64,000 bases of DNA, from the UHGV virus genome UHGV-1364187. The stretch is one strand, 5' to 3'. Below the pieces are notes generated by a model. That model did no database searches. It was not told the DNA's origin and was given only the letters and a program-made list of their open reading frames with translations. This DNA is from a virus. Each line of letters opens with the position of its first letter. Position 1 is the stretch's first letter. The translations under genes and the position numbers were made by a program. Below, in pieces: positions 38,419 through 48,573 of this stretch.

Positions 38419-38757
38419 ATGATTGAAATTGTTATATCTACAATAATAGTATTAGTATTACTAAATGAATTTAGAAAGATATTAGAATATTTATATACAG
38501 AAGAAAAATACATAATCGCTAGCACATTAGATTTCCTTAGAGATAATCCAACTGAAATCAGATACACTAAAGGAATACATTATATGATTGATTATATAGT
38601 AAATAATATAATGATATCTTATTTACCTAATGATATATATAAAACTTCCATACATAAAATTATATTCTCTTGTGTAGTACGTAAATACTTAAAAGATCTT
38701 ATAAATGATAATATTGCTGAAGTTGTAAAAATTATCGTGGATGAAAAATACAGATAA
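38419..38757 (+). CDS. small protein with N-terminal TM helix
   Basis: MIEIVISTIIVLVLLNEF...; GGAGG RBS. Confidence 0.4.
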   Translation: MIEIVISTIIVLVLLNEFRKILEYLYTEEKYIIASTLDFLRDNPTEIRYTKGIHYMIDYIVNNIMISYLPNDIYKTSIHKIIFSCVVRKYLKDLINDNIAEVVKIIVDEKYR

Positions 38758-38760
38758 ACC

Positions 38761-40074
38761 CTAATATGGTTTATCTGTAGTTATTCTGTTTTTATTTAAT
38801 TCTTCCATTATAATAGTTTGTTCATGTACAAATTCAGTATCTAAATATAAAGCTATATATGTAGTTATACCTTTAAAAGGTTCAGAATAAGTTCCAATGC
38901 ATGTTTCCCAGTCCATAGATACTTGTAGTTCTTTATCTGAATTAAATGTTTTTATATCTATAAACTCTCTAGGACTTATACCAAGTTTTAATGCTTGTCT
39001 TATAAGAGGAGTTACATGAATACTATCAAATAATTCTATAAACGGAATTTTTGGTATCTCATCTTGATCAAATTCTGCATAATCTACGTTAAGATAATTA
39101 TTCCATCCTTTTTCATTTACTGTAGGTATATGTAGTGTAGTTATTTCTCCCACAATAACAGTTTCTTCACTACCTTGAGATAATTTATGAATAATCTCAT
39201 GTTCTGTTCTAGAATAATATGCATACCATCTAGGTGCTGGAATCTTGACTCCTATATTAAAATCTATCATATATGAATCAGATACATGATTTTTTGTTTG
39301 TCCATCATCAAGACTCATTCTCTCTGTTAGGTCTATATCTATTGAAAAATTTCTCATTCTAACAAAGAATTCATTAATACCATTCGTGCGTCTAAATTTA
39401 TATAATATCGGTAATTCTGATTTGGAATTAAGGTATCTTACAAATTTAGCACATTCTGATACATCACCACTTTGTATATTAAATCCTACATCTTTAGCAA
39501 ATTGAATCATTACATGTAATGGAATATGGAAATCTAAATCTATCTTGAATCTCCTCTTTGTTCCAATAGGTAATACAACACCAAGTCTTTCAAATAAATC
39601 TACTTGTTTTGATCTAGTATCAACTTTAATTTTTACATTATAATTCAATTCTACTAATTTAAGTCCTAGTGCTAAGAATAAATGTCTATCATAATCTTTT
39701 ATGAATGATGTATCTAATCTTCCCATTTGCATTGCTAAATTTACACCAAATCTTACATCATTATGATCATTATTATTGAAATCATAATTTATTCTTGGTG
39801 TAATAGCAATAGCTGGAGTTGGTTTACTTATAAAATTATAAGATTTATCCATTTTTCTATACTCATCCAATATATGTTTTTCATTAATATATACTGTCTT
39901 AAAGTAATCTTTTGGTAATCCACTTAATATGAAATCTTTAATATATTCAGTTGCTATTGATTCTGTGTGGATTAATGATGGTGAAGCCATACTCATATTT
40001 AAATTTACTTCTTGTTTCTTTTTTAATATATCTGCAGGATTACATTTCTTTAGATTAGGATTTCTATTAATCAT
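38761..40074 (-). CDS. hypothetical protein
   Basis: 437 aa. Confidence 0.45.
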   Translation of the reverse strand: MINRNPNLKKCNPADILKKKQEVNLNMSMASPSLIHTESIATEYIKDFILSGLPKDYFKTVYINEKHILDEYRKMDKSYNFISKPTPAIAITPRINYDFNNNDHNDVRFGVNLAMQMGRLDTSFIKDYDRHLFLALGLKLVELNYNVKIKVDTRSKQVDLFERLGVVLPIGTKRRFKIDLDFHIPLHVMIQFAKDVGFNIQSGDVSECAKFVRYLNSKSELPILYKFRRTNGINEFFVRMRNFSIDIDLTERMSLDDGQTKNHVSDSYMIDFNIGVKIPAPRWYAYYSRTEHEIIHKLSQGSEETVIVGEITTLHIPTVNEKGWNNYLNVDYAEFDQDEIPKIPFIELFDSIHVTPLIRQALKLGISPREFIDIKTFNSDKELQVSMDWETCIGTYSEPFKGITTYIALYLDTEFVHEQTIIMEELNKNRITTDKPY

Positions 40075-40144
40075 TATATCACTCCTTTATCATAAAAAAT
40101 AAAAGCATTTACGTTAATGTTCCACGTAAATGCTTTTTATTATA

Positions 40145-40492
40145 TTAGAAGTGTTTCTGTTCTTTTATTCTCTTAATCTTCTCTAATTGTTCTTGAGAAT
40201 AGTTCTTTCTAGATAATCCAATAAGTGTATTAATATTAATAATAGTATCTCTTGAGTGGTTCATTGCTTTATTAAACATACCATTATTTCTAGAGATATA
40301 TAATGCATTTCTTGGATTAAGAACTTTAAATGCTTCTTCATAGAATGCTTTGTTATTAATTAGGAATATAGATAACGTATCACCATCAAAATCTGCAGCC
40401 ATAGTCTTTAAGATCTGTAATGGTAATGCCATTGTATATGTGTCTAATATTCCTACTACATGCATTTGTAAAATACTTCCATATGAAATTGT
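40145..40492 (-). CDS. rpoC-like: multisubunit RNA polymerase beta' N-terminal fragment, exon 2 (contains catalytic AADFDGD)
   Basis: PTISYGSILQMHVVGILDTYTMALPLQILKTMAADFDGDTLSIF aligns with bacterial beta' [43 protein letters not shown]. Confidence 0.7.
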   Translation of the reverse strand, partial: TISYGSILQMHVVGILDTYTMALPLQILKTMAADFDGDTLSIFLINNKAFYEEAFKVLNPRNALYISRNNGMFNKAMNHSRDTIININTLIGLSRKNYSQEQLEKIKRIKEQKHF

Positions 40493-40986
40493 AGGCTCCG
40501 TCTTCACATAGAGTCGTGACTTCTATGCAGTTCTCTTATGAACTTCTATGAGTATTACTCATAAGGAGAGACTATATCTTCATCTTTTACTATTCTTATA
40601 TTATTTCAAATATAAGATACTACTAGCAGTCAGATGCCTTGCACTTCGGATATACTATATCCTACTCTACTCACTTCGTCTATATCTAATTTATTAGATA
40701 TACCTTATTTTTAACTAGATTACTAGTATATTAGCTTTCGATAGTCGTTGAACCTTCTCCTATATAATTTATATAAGAGCTTGGCTGCTGATTGGACATT
40801 GTTTGTTACTTGGCACGATACTTAGGCTCTCACCATATATCATCTTAATGATTATTTCTGTCTTTCGACTGCCATTCACGCTTACCTGTTACAGTTACGT
40901 TGTAGCTCATTAAGCATTAGCCCTTCCCAGACAAGTTCACAAGGTTTTTCTCCGTACATTTCTGTAGGGAGGACCCATCCACAAAT
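40493..40986 (-). mobile_element. group I self-splicing intron (ORF-less, about 0.49 kb, T4 td-like core) interrupting the beta' gene; boundaries approximate
   Basis: minus-strand P, Q, R and S core elements found in canonical order (coordinates in the intron finding); less AT-rich than flanks; stop codon of the upstream ORF lies inside it. Confidence 0.7.
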
Positions 40987-42147
40987 AGGTCGATTTATTA
41001 AAATAGGTATACCTTGACCGTCATCTATTAAAGATTGAATAATATTTCTAACTCTTTGGTCTTCTTGAATAGTGGCATAATACCAAATATTATGTGCTTC
41101 ATCATAAGACATATTATAAGATTTTACTAAAACATTTATAATTCTCTGTTCTAATAATCCTACTAATGCAAAGTATGATAATTTTACTTGGTCTACTTTT
41201 AATGTATCATCTGGAATGATTACACATCTAGAAGAGAAGTTAAATCTTCCTCCGAATACTCCTCTAAATATACCTTTCTTTCCAGATAATATATTTTCAA
41301 CTTCAGCATAAACTTTATTAAGTTTATATTGTAAATCGTATAATAATTGTAATTTAGGTTTCTTCTTTCTATGAATACGTAATGTATTCATATTGATATC
41401 ATGAACTAATTTTACAATCATATTATACAATCCATTAATATCGTTGAATACAAAGTTTCCACCATCAAGTTTGAATGGTCTTAATAGTGTCGTAAATATT
41501 GGTATAGAATGAGTAAATATCTTATCTTTATTCTCTAACAAATCAAGATAAGTATCAGTCTTAGCTTTCTTATTAGAAGAATTATTGTAATAATAATCTA
41601 AAACTGTTTCAAAGTTATCTCTTAACCATAATATACCTTTTCCTTTATATGGTTCATCTTTAACTTGTTTATTTTCTTCTATTGTAAATCCATCTTCATT
41701 CTTATTGTCTATTGGTTTTATGATATTATAAAGTTTCTCTGTTCCAATAATAGTCTCTAATTCTTTATATAGATTAGGATGGATTATACAATATTCATCT
41801 TTCAATACTGTCCAACCAAATAAGTCATAATTATCATCAACAAACTTTACTTTAGTATTACATATAGGACATGTCATGCCATTATTAATTTTACCCATAG
41901 TGTAACCACATGAACATTTATATTTGTTAATGAACGGGTTAGAGTCATTTAATGTAGAACCAAATCTAGTACTAAAAATACCATTTGGTTCTTTTAAATC
42001 CTTCTTAATGTTTTGATGTTGAAAGATAATGAACCCGTTACCAGTACGAAGATCATTATCTTTCTCTTTATCCAAGTCAATTCTTTCTAGTAATGTTTCA
42101 ACTTTAAATAAATTTCCAAGTTCATCTACAAGATGTGGATAATTCAT
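40987..42147 (-). CDS. rpoC-like: multisubunit RNA polymerase beta' N-terminal fragment, exon 1 (zinc-binding region)
   Basis: CSCGYTMGKINNGMTCPICNTKV zinc finger; ...PILINRP joins exon 2 (TISYG...) to restore the conserved LNR(A)PT(L)H...NADFDGD segment. Confidence 0.65.
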
Positions 42148-42213
42148 ATTTATATCATCTCCTTCAATAATATAATATATAAGTTAATAATAAGTTACAT
42201 ATACATTAATTTT

Positions 42214-42687
42214 CTAATGTATATGTAACTTATTATATTTATATTTATATTCTATAGACTTAGAATCTCTTTCTTGCTTCTTTTCTATCCACTCTTGAAC
42301 TTTATCTTTTATTTTATACTTGTTCACTAAACAACAGATTACATTATATGTGTCATTCATTGAATAGAAAAACCTAGATTTATAATTATTATACAAATAA
42401 GATTTACTAACAAGTTGTTGAAATCTTGATAAATTATAAATACACTGTTTAAGACTATATTCACGTCTTGATATTCTTATTCTCGCTTTCTTTTCGATTT
42501 TATGTCTAAGTCTATATAAACATGTGTAAACATCACATATTTCTTCAGAAAGATGATATATATCAATTTCTTGTTCAGATAAGCAATTTATCAATTCTGA
42601 TAACTCTTCTTGCATCTTCATAAAAATAAAATCATCACCACTCATATCAGTGATACTATGTTGTAATTTTGTATCTATTAAAAACAT
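42214..42687 (-). CDS. hypothetical protein
   Basis: 157 aa. Confidence 0.4.
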   Translation of the reverse strand: MFLIDTKLQHSITDMSGDDFIFMKMQEELSELINCLSEQEIDIYHLSEEICDVYTCLYRLRHKIEKKARIRISRREYSLKQCIYNLSRFQQLVSKSYLYNNYKSRFFYSMNDTYNVICCLVNKYKIKDKVQEWIEKKQERDSKSIEYKYKYNKLHIH

Positions 42688-42689
42688 TT

Positions 42690-43622
42690 CTATTCACATC
42701 CTTTATCAAAATACTTTCCTTTATAATAATTGCCAATTTTTATTGTATCTAAATTATATTCTGTGCATTTTTTACCGACAGTCAATCTAATATTTTTCTT
42801 ATGTAAAAGTTCTTCTGTTATTCCGATAGAATTCATATCTTCTTCAAAGTTAGTAAATGTTAACCATCTTTCACATATAGTATGTTCACTACACCATTCA
42901 GTATTATATACCATATATATTAATCTTGACCATTTTATATATAGTCTATTTTTGTTTTTATCACTAATAACTCTTCCTGTAGATGCTATACCACCACATA
43001 TGTTTTTATAAGTATGATCTATAACTTTTCCATTGTCCACACATCCAATATTATATTCTGTTTCATATCCAGATATTAAGAATTTTATTTTACACATTGT
43101 TATTTTTGTTCCATTTTTATTACGTGTACTATATGTTGAAGTTACAATGAATTCTAATCCATCTTTACTTGTATGAATTGTGGATTCAACAGTATTTAAT
43201 CTTTGTTTTGAATCTGAAATAGAACCATTTGTTATATTGCTTCTTGTGACATAATATATATTCTTAGATTCAATAAATTGTATTTTGTAATTACTACTTT
43301 GCGTATTATGTATCATCTTATATTTCTCATCCATATCCAATACTTTAAATTCTAATCCGTCATTATTTTTAAATATTTTACCTATAATATTTGATTTGTT
43401 ACATGGTCTATTGTATGTCTTATCTACTGCTAAATTATGCATTATTATATATCTTGATGCTTCGGTTTCATAATCAGTTTCTATAAATCTTATATTATAA
43501 TAATGATTATTATTTCCATCATATATACATCCAAGATGTTTTAATACAATAAATCTTCTTCCATATTTTCCTTCAAATTCTTTTCCAATGATATCGTTAT
43601 ACTCTACTACACTTCTTCCCAT
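42690..43622 (-). CDS. hypothetical protein with three about 55-aa internal repeats (ORF to 43682; likely start MGRSVVEY after AAAGGAGAG)
   Basis: repeats G(K/L)EF.VL...Y.I.F.E. Confidence 0.4.
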   Translation of the reverse strand: MGRSVVEYNDIIGKEFEGKYGRRFIVLKHLGCIYDGNNNHYYNIRFIETDYETEASRYIIMHNLAVDKTYNRPCNKSNIIGKIFKNNDGLEFKVLDMDEKYKMIHNTQSSNYKIQFIESKNIYYVTRSNITNGSISDSKQRLNTVESTIHTSKDGLEFIVTSTYSTRNKNGTKITMCKIKFLISGYETEYNIGCVDNGKVIDHTYKNICGGIASTGRVISDKNKNRLYIKWSRLIYMVYNTEWCSEHTICERWLTFTNFEEDMNSIGITEELLHKKNIRLTVGKKCTEYNLDTIKIGNYYKGKYFDKGCE

Positions 43623-43660
43623 TATAATACACTCTCCTTTAGTATTATTAAATATATACT

Positions 43661-43689
43661 CACATATATAATATATAATCAAAATGAAT
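43661..43689 (-). promoter_or_regulatory. early-promoter-like motif (AATCAAAAT variant)
   Basis: CACATATATAATATATAATCAAAATGAAT next to terminator 43686-43721. Confidence 0.45.
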
Positions 43690-43721
43690 ATTAGAATACC
43701 TTTTTTGGTATTCTAATATTC
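43686..43721 (-). terminator. hairpin terminator
   Basis: gaatattagaatacc/ggtattctaatattc. Confidence 0.6.
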
Positions 43722-43864
43722 ATTCTTTTCGTTCAAACAGCATATATATTTAGGAGATGATTTTTAATGGACTTAACTAACCCATTACAAATATGTTGTA
43801 TATATTATAAACTATTACTTTTTATATTTAGACAAATTAATAGATAGTATAGAATATATATATT

Positions 43865-45052
43865 CTATACTACATTTTTATGTGTTCTATATTTTACAAT
43901 ATCACTTATAGTACTAATATTATATCCAGTACTATATTTTATTTCAGTTAGTGTCATACCCTCTTGTTCATACATTCTTCTTATATCTCTTACAATATCA
44001 TCTGTTATACTTCTTCCAGGAGCATTGGATAAATCATATTGTTCATATATATCTCTATGTGCTCTACCGCTAGTAATATTCACAATAGTTTTTCTATTTA
44101 TATCAAGATGATGTGATATCATTGTTGGAGTATATCCATTGGAAAACAATATCATTATATTATGCACATCTTCATCTGTAATCTTAGTTGGAACATAAGC
44201 ATTAGATAAATCGTATTGATTTCTAATATCTAAATGTTTCTTTCCACCATATACAATATTAGTTACAGTTTTTCTATTTAAATTTAATTCATCTGCAATC
44301 TGATATGCTTGATACCCTTGAGAATATAATCTAAATATATCATGTAAAGTATCTTCTGGAAGTAATCTTGTAACTTGATCTAATTCTAATTCTTCATATA
44401 CATCTTTATGGCTAGAACCACATGATATATTTCTTACATTAACATATGAAACTCCAGTTTTTTCTGCAATTTCTTTAAGAGATAATGTTGTATCCTTAAT
44501 AAGATTACCAACTTCATAAGCTTTCTCTTTAGATATACATATAGCTTCTACTTCTGGTCTTAATTCTTCATATGAATGATGAACATTTTCTAATGGAGTA
44601 GCCCATTCAAGATTACATAACCAATTACACCATGTACAACCATTTATATGATTGACTTGATATTGTTCTGGATTTTCTATTGGAAGAAATGTCATCATTA
44701 CTAATCTATGAACAAAGTATATATGTTTCTTTCCATCAAGACATGATAATCCAACTCGTAGATATCCTTTATCTGTAGATTGTTGTTGCATGAATACATT
44801 ATTAAGTAATGAGAATATTCTTCCGTAATTACTTACCATATATCTTCCAGGAACAATTTCTTCTGAATTTATAAATACAAATATTTCATCTGGAGCCATA
44901 AGTGGGATATATGTATATTCTTGTTGATAATTTGAAAATTGTTCTGGTATATAATTTGGTGGTAGTTCTTTTCCAGTCTTAGAAATATATGCTGGAATTA
45001 TTAAATTTTTGATTTCTTGTCCTTCTTTATACTCTTTGTTTTTGTAATACAT
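43865..45052 (-). CDS. HNH homing endonuclease with NUMOD-like DNA-binding repeats
   Basis: HNH_3 core VHRLVMMTFLPIENPEQYQVNHINGCTWCNWLCNLEWATPLENVHHS; NUMOD4-like N-terminus; four repeated helix motifs (e.g. YQIADELNLNRKTVTNIVYG). Confidence 0.7.
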   Translation of the reverse strand: MYYKNKEYKEGQEIKNLIIPAYISKTGKELPPNYIPEQFSNYQQEYTYIPLMAPDEIFVFINSEEIVPGRYMVSNYGRIFSLLNNVFMQQQSTDKGYLRVGLSCLDGKKHIYFVHRLVMMTFLPIENPEQYQVNHINGCTWCNWLCNLEWATPLENVHHSYEELRPEVEAICISKEKAYEVGNLIKDTTLSLKEIAEKTGVSYVNVRNISCGSSHKDVYEELELDQVTRLLPEDTLHDIFRLYSQGYQAYQIADELNLNRKTVTNIVYGGKKHLDIRNQYDLSNAYVPTKITDEDVHNIMILFSNGYTPTMISHHLDINRKTIVNITSGRAHRDIYEQYDLSNAPGRSITDDIVRDIRRMYEQEGMTLTEIKYSTGYNISTISDIVKYRTHKNVV

Positions 45053-45128
45053 TTAAATCATCCTTTCTATTTTTAGATTATTTTTTTGTTAGTGTAATAT
45101 TAAAAAATAAATATAAACTAGGAACACC

Positions 45129-46382
45129 CTAGTTTATATTTAATATTCCAAATGCATCATTTAACATATCAGTAATGTCAGTAGTTTTAACAACACTATT
45201 ATGAAACGCTTTTAAGCTTCTTTGTTTGGTTGTTGAAGCGATTTTGCTCATAGCCATACCTATATGGGCTATACCTATTCTTCTAAATAGACTACTACCA
45301 CATACCTCACATATATCTTCACCTTCACATAATGCAGCGAATCTAAGATTAACAGTTTTATCTATAAATTGATTCTTTGTATCTGAAGTAATTTCAATTA
45401 CTTTATCTCCTTGTTGGACAAAACAATACATATATTGTTTAATATTCTTCTTTGTTAATTTAACTCTAATTGTACGTTTCGTTTTACAATCACTTCCCTT
45501 AGGAGAAATAGAAATATGTTGAAATCCACTGAATAATAATTTCTCCCAATATCCACCAATTTGAGTTTTGATAGCTCTCGCTGTTGCTCCAGGTGCAATA
45601 GAGTTAGCAAATATATGATAATCCTCTTTAGATATACCATCCATATAACATGATGTAGCTATATCATATTTACCTGTTACGTTATTATATACAGCACCTT
45701 TCATCATACACATATTCTTTAAGTTATTTTCAATATTACCTCTGGCTTTACAATCAAAGATTTCCATCGCATCATCATCTTTTAATATTTCTTTTGTTTG
45801 TGCTATTAATTGATTAGAAATATCTTCTGCTACAACTTCATCACCATCTTCAAGAGCTTTCTTATTCTCTTTAATAAGTTTAGTCTTTAATGGCTTAAGT
45901 TTATCTGATAAAGATAATATAGCATCATCATAATGAGCTGCTAATACTGTAGTTAATCTCATTAGTATTTGTGACTTTAATAAGAAATGTTTTAATGCAT
46001 CTAATGGTACTTTATCTTCCAATCTAGCATATGTAATATCAGATACAATATCATTAAATACATCATCATCTACAGAATAATTTATATACTTTTCTAATTC
46101 AAATAGTTCTTTCTCTATACATAGTCTATTAAATATCCATAACCCTACAGTAGTTGTAAATTCATTCTTATTTCTCTTTCCTTCAGGACCATAAGAATTT
46201 GGTGGAATTTTAATATAATTAAATGGTTCAAATCTTCTTTTATTGTTAAACTTTCCAAGTAATTCTATAATAAGACTTATAGTTAAATCTTTTTCTTCTA
46301 AAGATAATAGATAATCTATATCTTCTTGTTTTGTTATAAACACACCATCTTTTACTTTAGGCATATTATAATCTCCTTTCAT
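45129..46382 (-). CDS. rpoC-like: multisubunit RNA polymerase beta' C-terminal fragment (bridge helix + trigger loop)
   Basis: ATARAIKTQIGGYWEKLLF aligns with bridge helix DTALKTANSGYLTRRLV; KQRSLKAFHNS aligns with trigger-loop QLTMRTFH; ends with an ITDMLNDAFG (LPRVAELFEAR-like) helix. Confidence 0.5.
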   Translation of the reverse strand: MKGDYNMPKVKDGVFITKQEDIDYLLSLEEKDLTISLIIELLGKFNNKRRFEPFNYIKIPPNSYGPEGKRNKNEFTTTVGLWIFNRLCIEKELFELEKYINYSVDDDVFNDIVSDITYARLEDKVPLDALKHFLLKSQILMRLTTVLAAHYDDAILSLSDKLKPLKTKLIKENKKALEDGDEVVAEDISNQLIAQTKEILKDDDAMEIFDCKARGNIENNLKNMCMMKGAVYNNVTGKYDIATSCYMDGISKEDYHIFANSIAPGATARAIKTQIGGYWEKLLFSGFQHISISPKGSDCKTKRTIRVKLTKKNIKQYMYCFVQQGDKVIEITSDTKNQFIDKTVNLRFAALCEGEDICEVCGSSLFRRIGIAHIGMAMSKIASTTKQRSLKAFHNSVVKTTDITDMLNDAFGILNIN

Positions 46383-46454
46383 CTAATTTATATTAATTAG
46401 ATGTAAACAGACAAAAAATAAAAGAGCAGAAACTAATCTACTCTTTTATATGTA

Positions 46455-46910
46455 TTATTCGATTACTAATTTAGATTTAACAATAGTAATTGCTAATTCT
46501 TTATCTTTAAAAATCATCGGTAAGATATCTTTACCATCATATACTCTAAAGTCAGGTCCACATAATTCTGTAACGATTCCTTTGATTGCTGGAAGTATAT
46601 ACTTTTCTCTAGCAATATATCCATCATCGTAAGATTCAATCATCTTTACAATCTTTTGTCTTTGAATTGTATTTTCAACTTTACCATTTGTTGGTAATTG
46701 TTTTACCAATTTCTTAATATCGATAAGTGTTTTAAGAGGATTAGTTCTAAATAATTCCTCTGTAATCTTTTCTGCTTCTGTTTCTTTAAATCCTTCTGGA
46801 TTGAATAATGATACCTTTTTATTTGTTCTTTCTGTTTCCATAATTCTAATACCCTCCATAATTGCACCTAATAATTCTACTTCTTCTTGTGTGAATGCTT
46901 TTACTATCAT
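46455..46910 (-). CDS. hypothetical protein
   Basis: 151 aa; AAAGGAG RBS; promoter motif upstream. Confidence 0.45.
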   Translation of the reverse strand: MIVKAFTQEEVELLGAIMEGIRIMETERTNKKVSLFNPEGFKETEAEKITEELFRTNPLKTLIDIKKLVKQLPTNGKVENTIQRQKIVKMIESYDDGYIAREKYILPAIKGIVTELCGPDFRVYDGKDILPMIFKDKELAITIVKSKLVIE

Positions 46911-46952
46911 TTTTAAACAACTCCTTTAATATTATTATTGTATTATTTACAC

Positions 46953-46978
46953 TATTATAATATATAAGTGAAATATTA
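46953..46978 (-). promoter_or_regulatory. early-promoter-like motif (variant)
   Basis: CTATTATAATATATAAGTGAAATATT 43-65 nt upstream of ATG 46910. Confidence 0.4.
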
Positions 46979-46996
46979 GACTTTTACATAATATAA

Positions 46997-47036
46997 TAAC
47001 ACACTAAGTCACATAGGGGATGAGCTTAGTGTGTTA
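46997..47036 (-). terminator. hairpin
   Basis: taacacactaag/cttagtgtgtta with 16-nt loop. Confidence 0.45.
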
Positions 47037-47686
47037 TTAATTTGGTAGATTGATGGTTAAGCAAGCAAAGTGGATTGTTTGCTAAAAAAATAGTGTTTTT
47101 TTGGAGTAAGACAATATTTGATATTACTTTGTATTTTGGGATTTGACTTAAGACAAATACTTGTCTCAAATATATGTTATTATATTTTAAAAGTTTAATA
47201 TCCACCATAGATTTTACTCTATGGTGGATATACACACAAAAAAGGAAAGAAGAAAAAGAAAAAAAGTTTTAATATGGTTTACTAATATGTTATATTGTAT
47301 AAAAAGATAAAAACCTATACTATTATAGTATAGGTTTTTACAAATAAATTTAAAAGGAGATTGCTTAATACAAAAAGACTTATATCCCGATGGATTATAT
47401 ATATATGTTTATAATAAAAAAATAAGATAAGCCATAATAGCTTATCTTATTTTTCAAAAGAATTGTAGAGTTAAAAAAACAGCTAATTTAATATATAAAG
47501 GATTATTTATATGTTTATTAAAATTTAAACCTTAATAATCTCAGCTTGTATTATCATATTTTTATCTTCAGAATAATATATAATTAAAAAATTAGACCAT
47601 ACTATAAAAAGTATGGTCTAATTTAATATGTTTAGAACATTAATATAATAAAATAACGAAAAAATAAACTATAACCAGTAGAGTTC

Positions 47687-48523
47687 CTAATAGAAGCAGA
47701 GATAAGTTATATCAAGGCTCTTTGTATATTCGTTAAGTGGTTCGCTTGGAAAATGAAGAACCGTTAATGGTCTGATGGATTCATAATATATATACCCATT
47801 AATTTCGTGTTTATACCCAGTTAATAATGAAATAGCATTAATTTTTGCAGTATCTAATCCAGTTGTAGATGCAAACCATTCTCTACAATCATCTACTGTA
47901 ATTTTCAATTTCAATTGAACAAATGATTCAATCTCTAAAGTATTAGTTGAATCAAATACATTAGCATCAATAGGAGTACCGTCAACATATCTTTGAATAA
48001 GTTCTGGTTCTGTATCAAATGCTTTAAAATAATAAGCAATTTTTCCATTAGTAAGTGCTCTACCAAAATATCTAGTTCTATCTAAATCTGATAGATCATT
48101 AGGTGGAGTAATATATCTAAATGGAACTAAATCACTAGGTTTAATCCATTTTGAATAATCAACATCATATACTTGATGTTGTTCTTGTCCACATCCACCG
48201 ACACCAACAGCAAATAGACAAACTACTTCATCTCTTCTAACTCCAGGTTCTGGGTTAGGAGTATTTAAAGTGTTTTCTAATCCCAATACCGTATTATACG
48301 ATGGTGTTCTTGTTGGCACATCAATATTATAATGTTTCATCATAGTAAATGCTGAACCTGATACAATGACTTTATTATGTAAGCCTTGATGTAATACATT
48401 TCCTAAACCATCTTTAATAGTGATTAATGATCCAGGACGTTGTATATTAGCTTTATCTGCATTACGAACAGCATCTGATAAAATTCGCATTTGTTCTTGT
48501 TGTTCATCTGTAGGAATAGCCAT
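47687..48523 (-). CDS. hypothetical protein (possibly structural)
   Basis: 278 aa. Confidence 0.45.
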   Translation of the reverse strand: MAIPTDEQQEQMRILSDAVRNADKANIQRPGSLITIKDGLGNVLHQGLHNKVIVSGSAFTMMKHYNIDVPTRTPSYNTVLGLENTLNTPNPEPGVRRDEVVCLFAVGVGGCGQEQHQVYDVDYSKWIKPSDLVPFRYITPPNDLSDLDRTRYFGRALTNGKIAYYFKAFDTEPELIQRYVDGTPIDANVFDSTNTLEIESFVQLKLKITVDDCREWFASTTGLDTAKINAISLLTGYKHEINGYIYYESIRPLTVLHFPSEPLNEYTKSLDITYLCFY

Positions 48524-48573
48524 TATAATTCCTCCTTTATAAGTAATATAATATTATATAGATGTTTAGACGT

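Noticed and set aside
40493-40986. Group II intron or an intein as the element splitting beta'
   Set aside because: Too short for group II and lacks GUGYG...AY ends. The element is untranslated RNA with clear group I P/Q/R/S elements rather than an in-frame protein insertion.
47026-47235. 69-aa ORF in the hairpin-rich intergenic region
   Set aside because: No RBS, spans several terminator hairpins, low-complexity translation. More likely non-coding.
47040-47690. tRNA genes in the long non-coding region
   Set aside because: No cloverleaf-compatible sequences (no GTTC-type T-arm or acceptor pairing). The stems are long perfect terminator-like hairpins.
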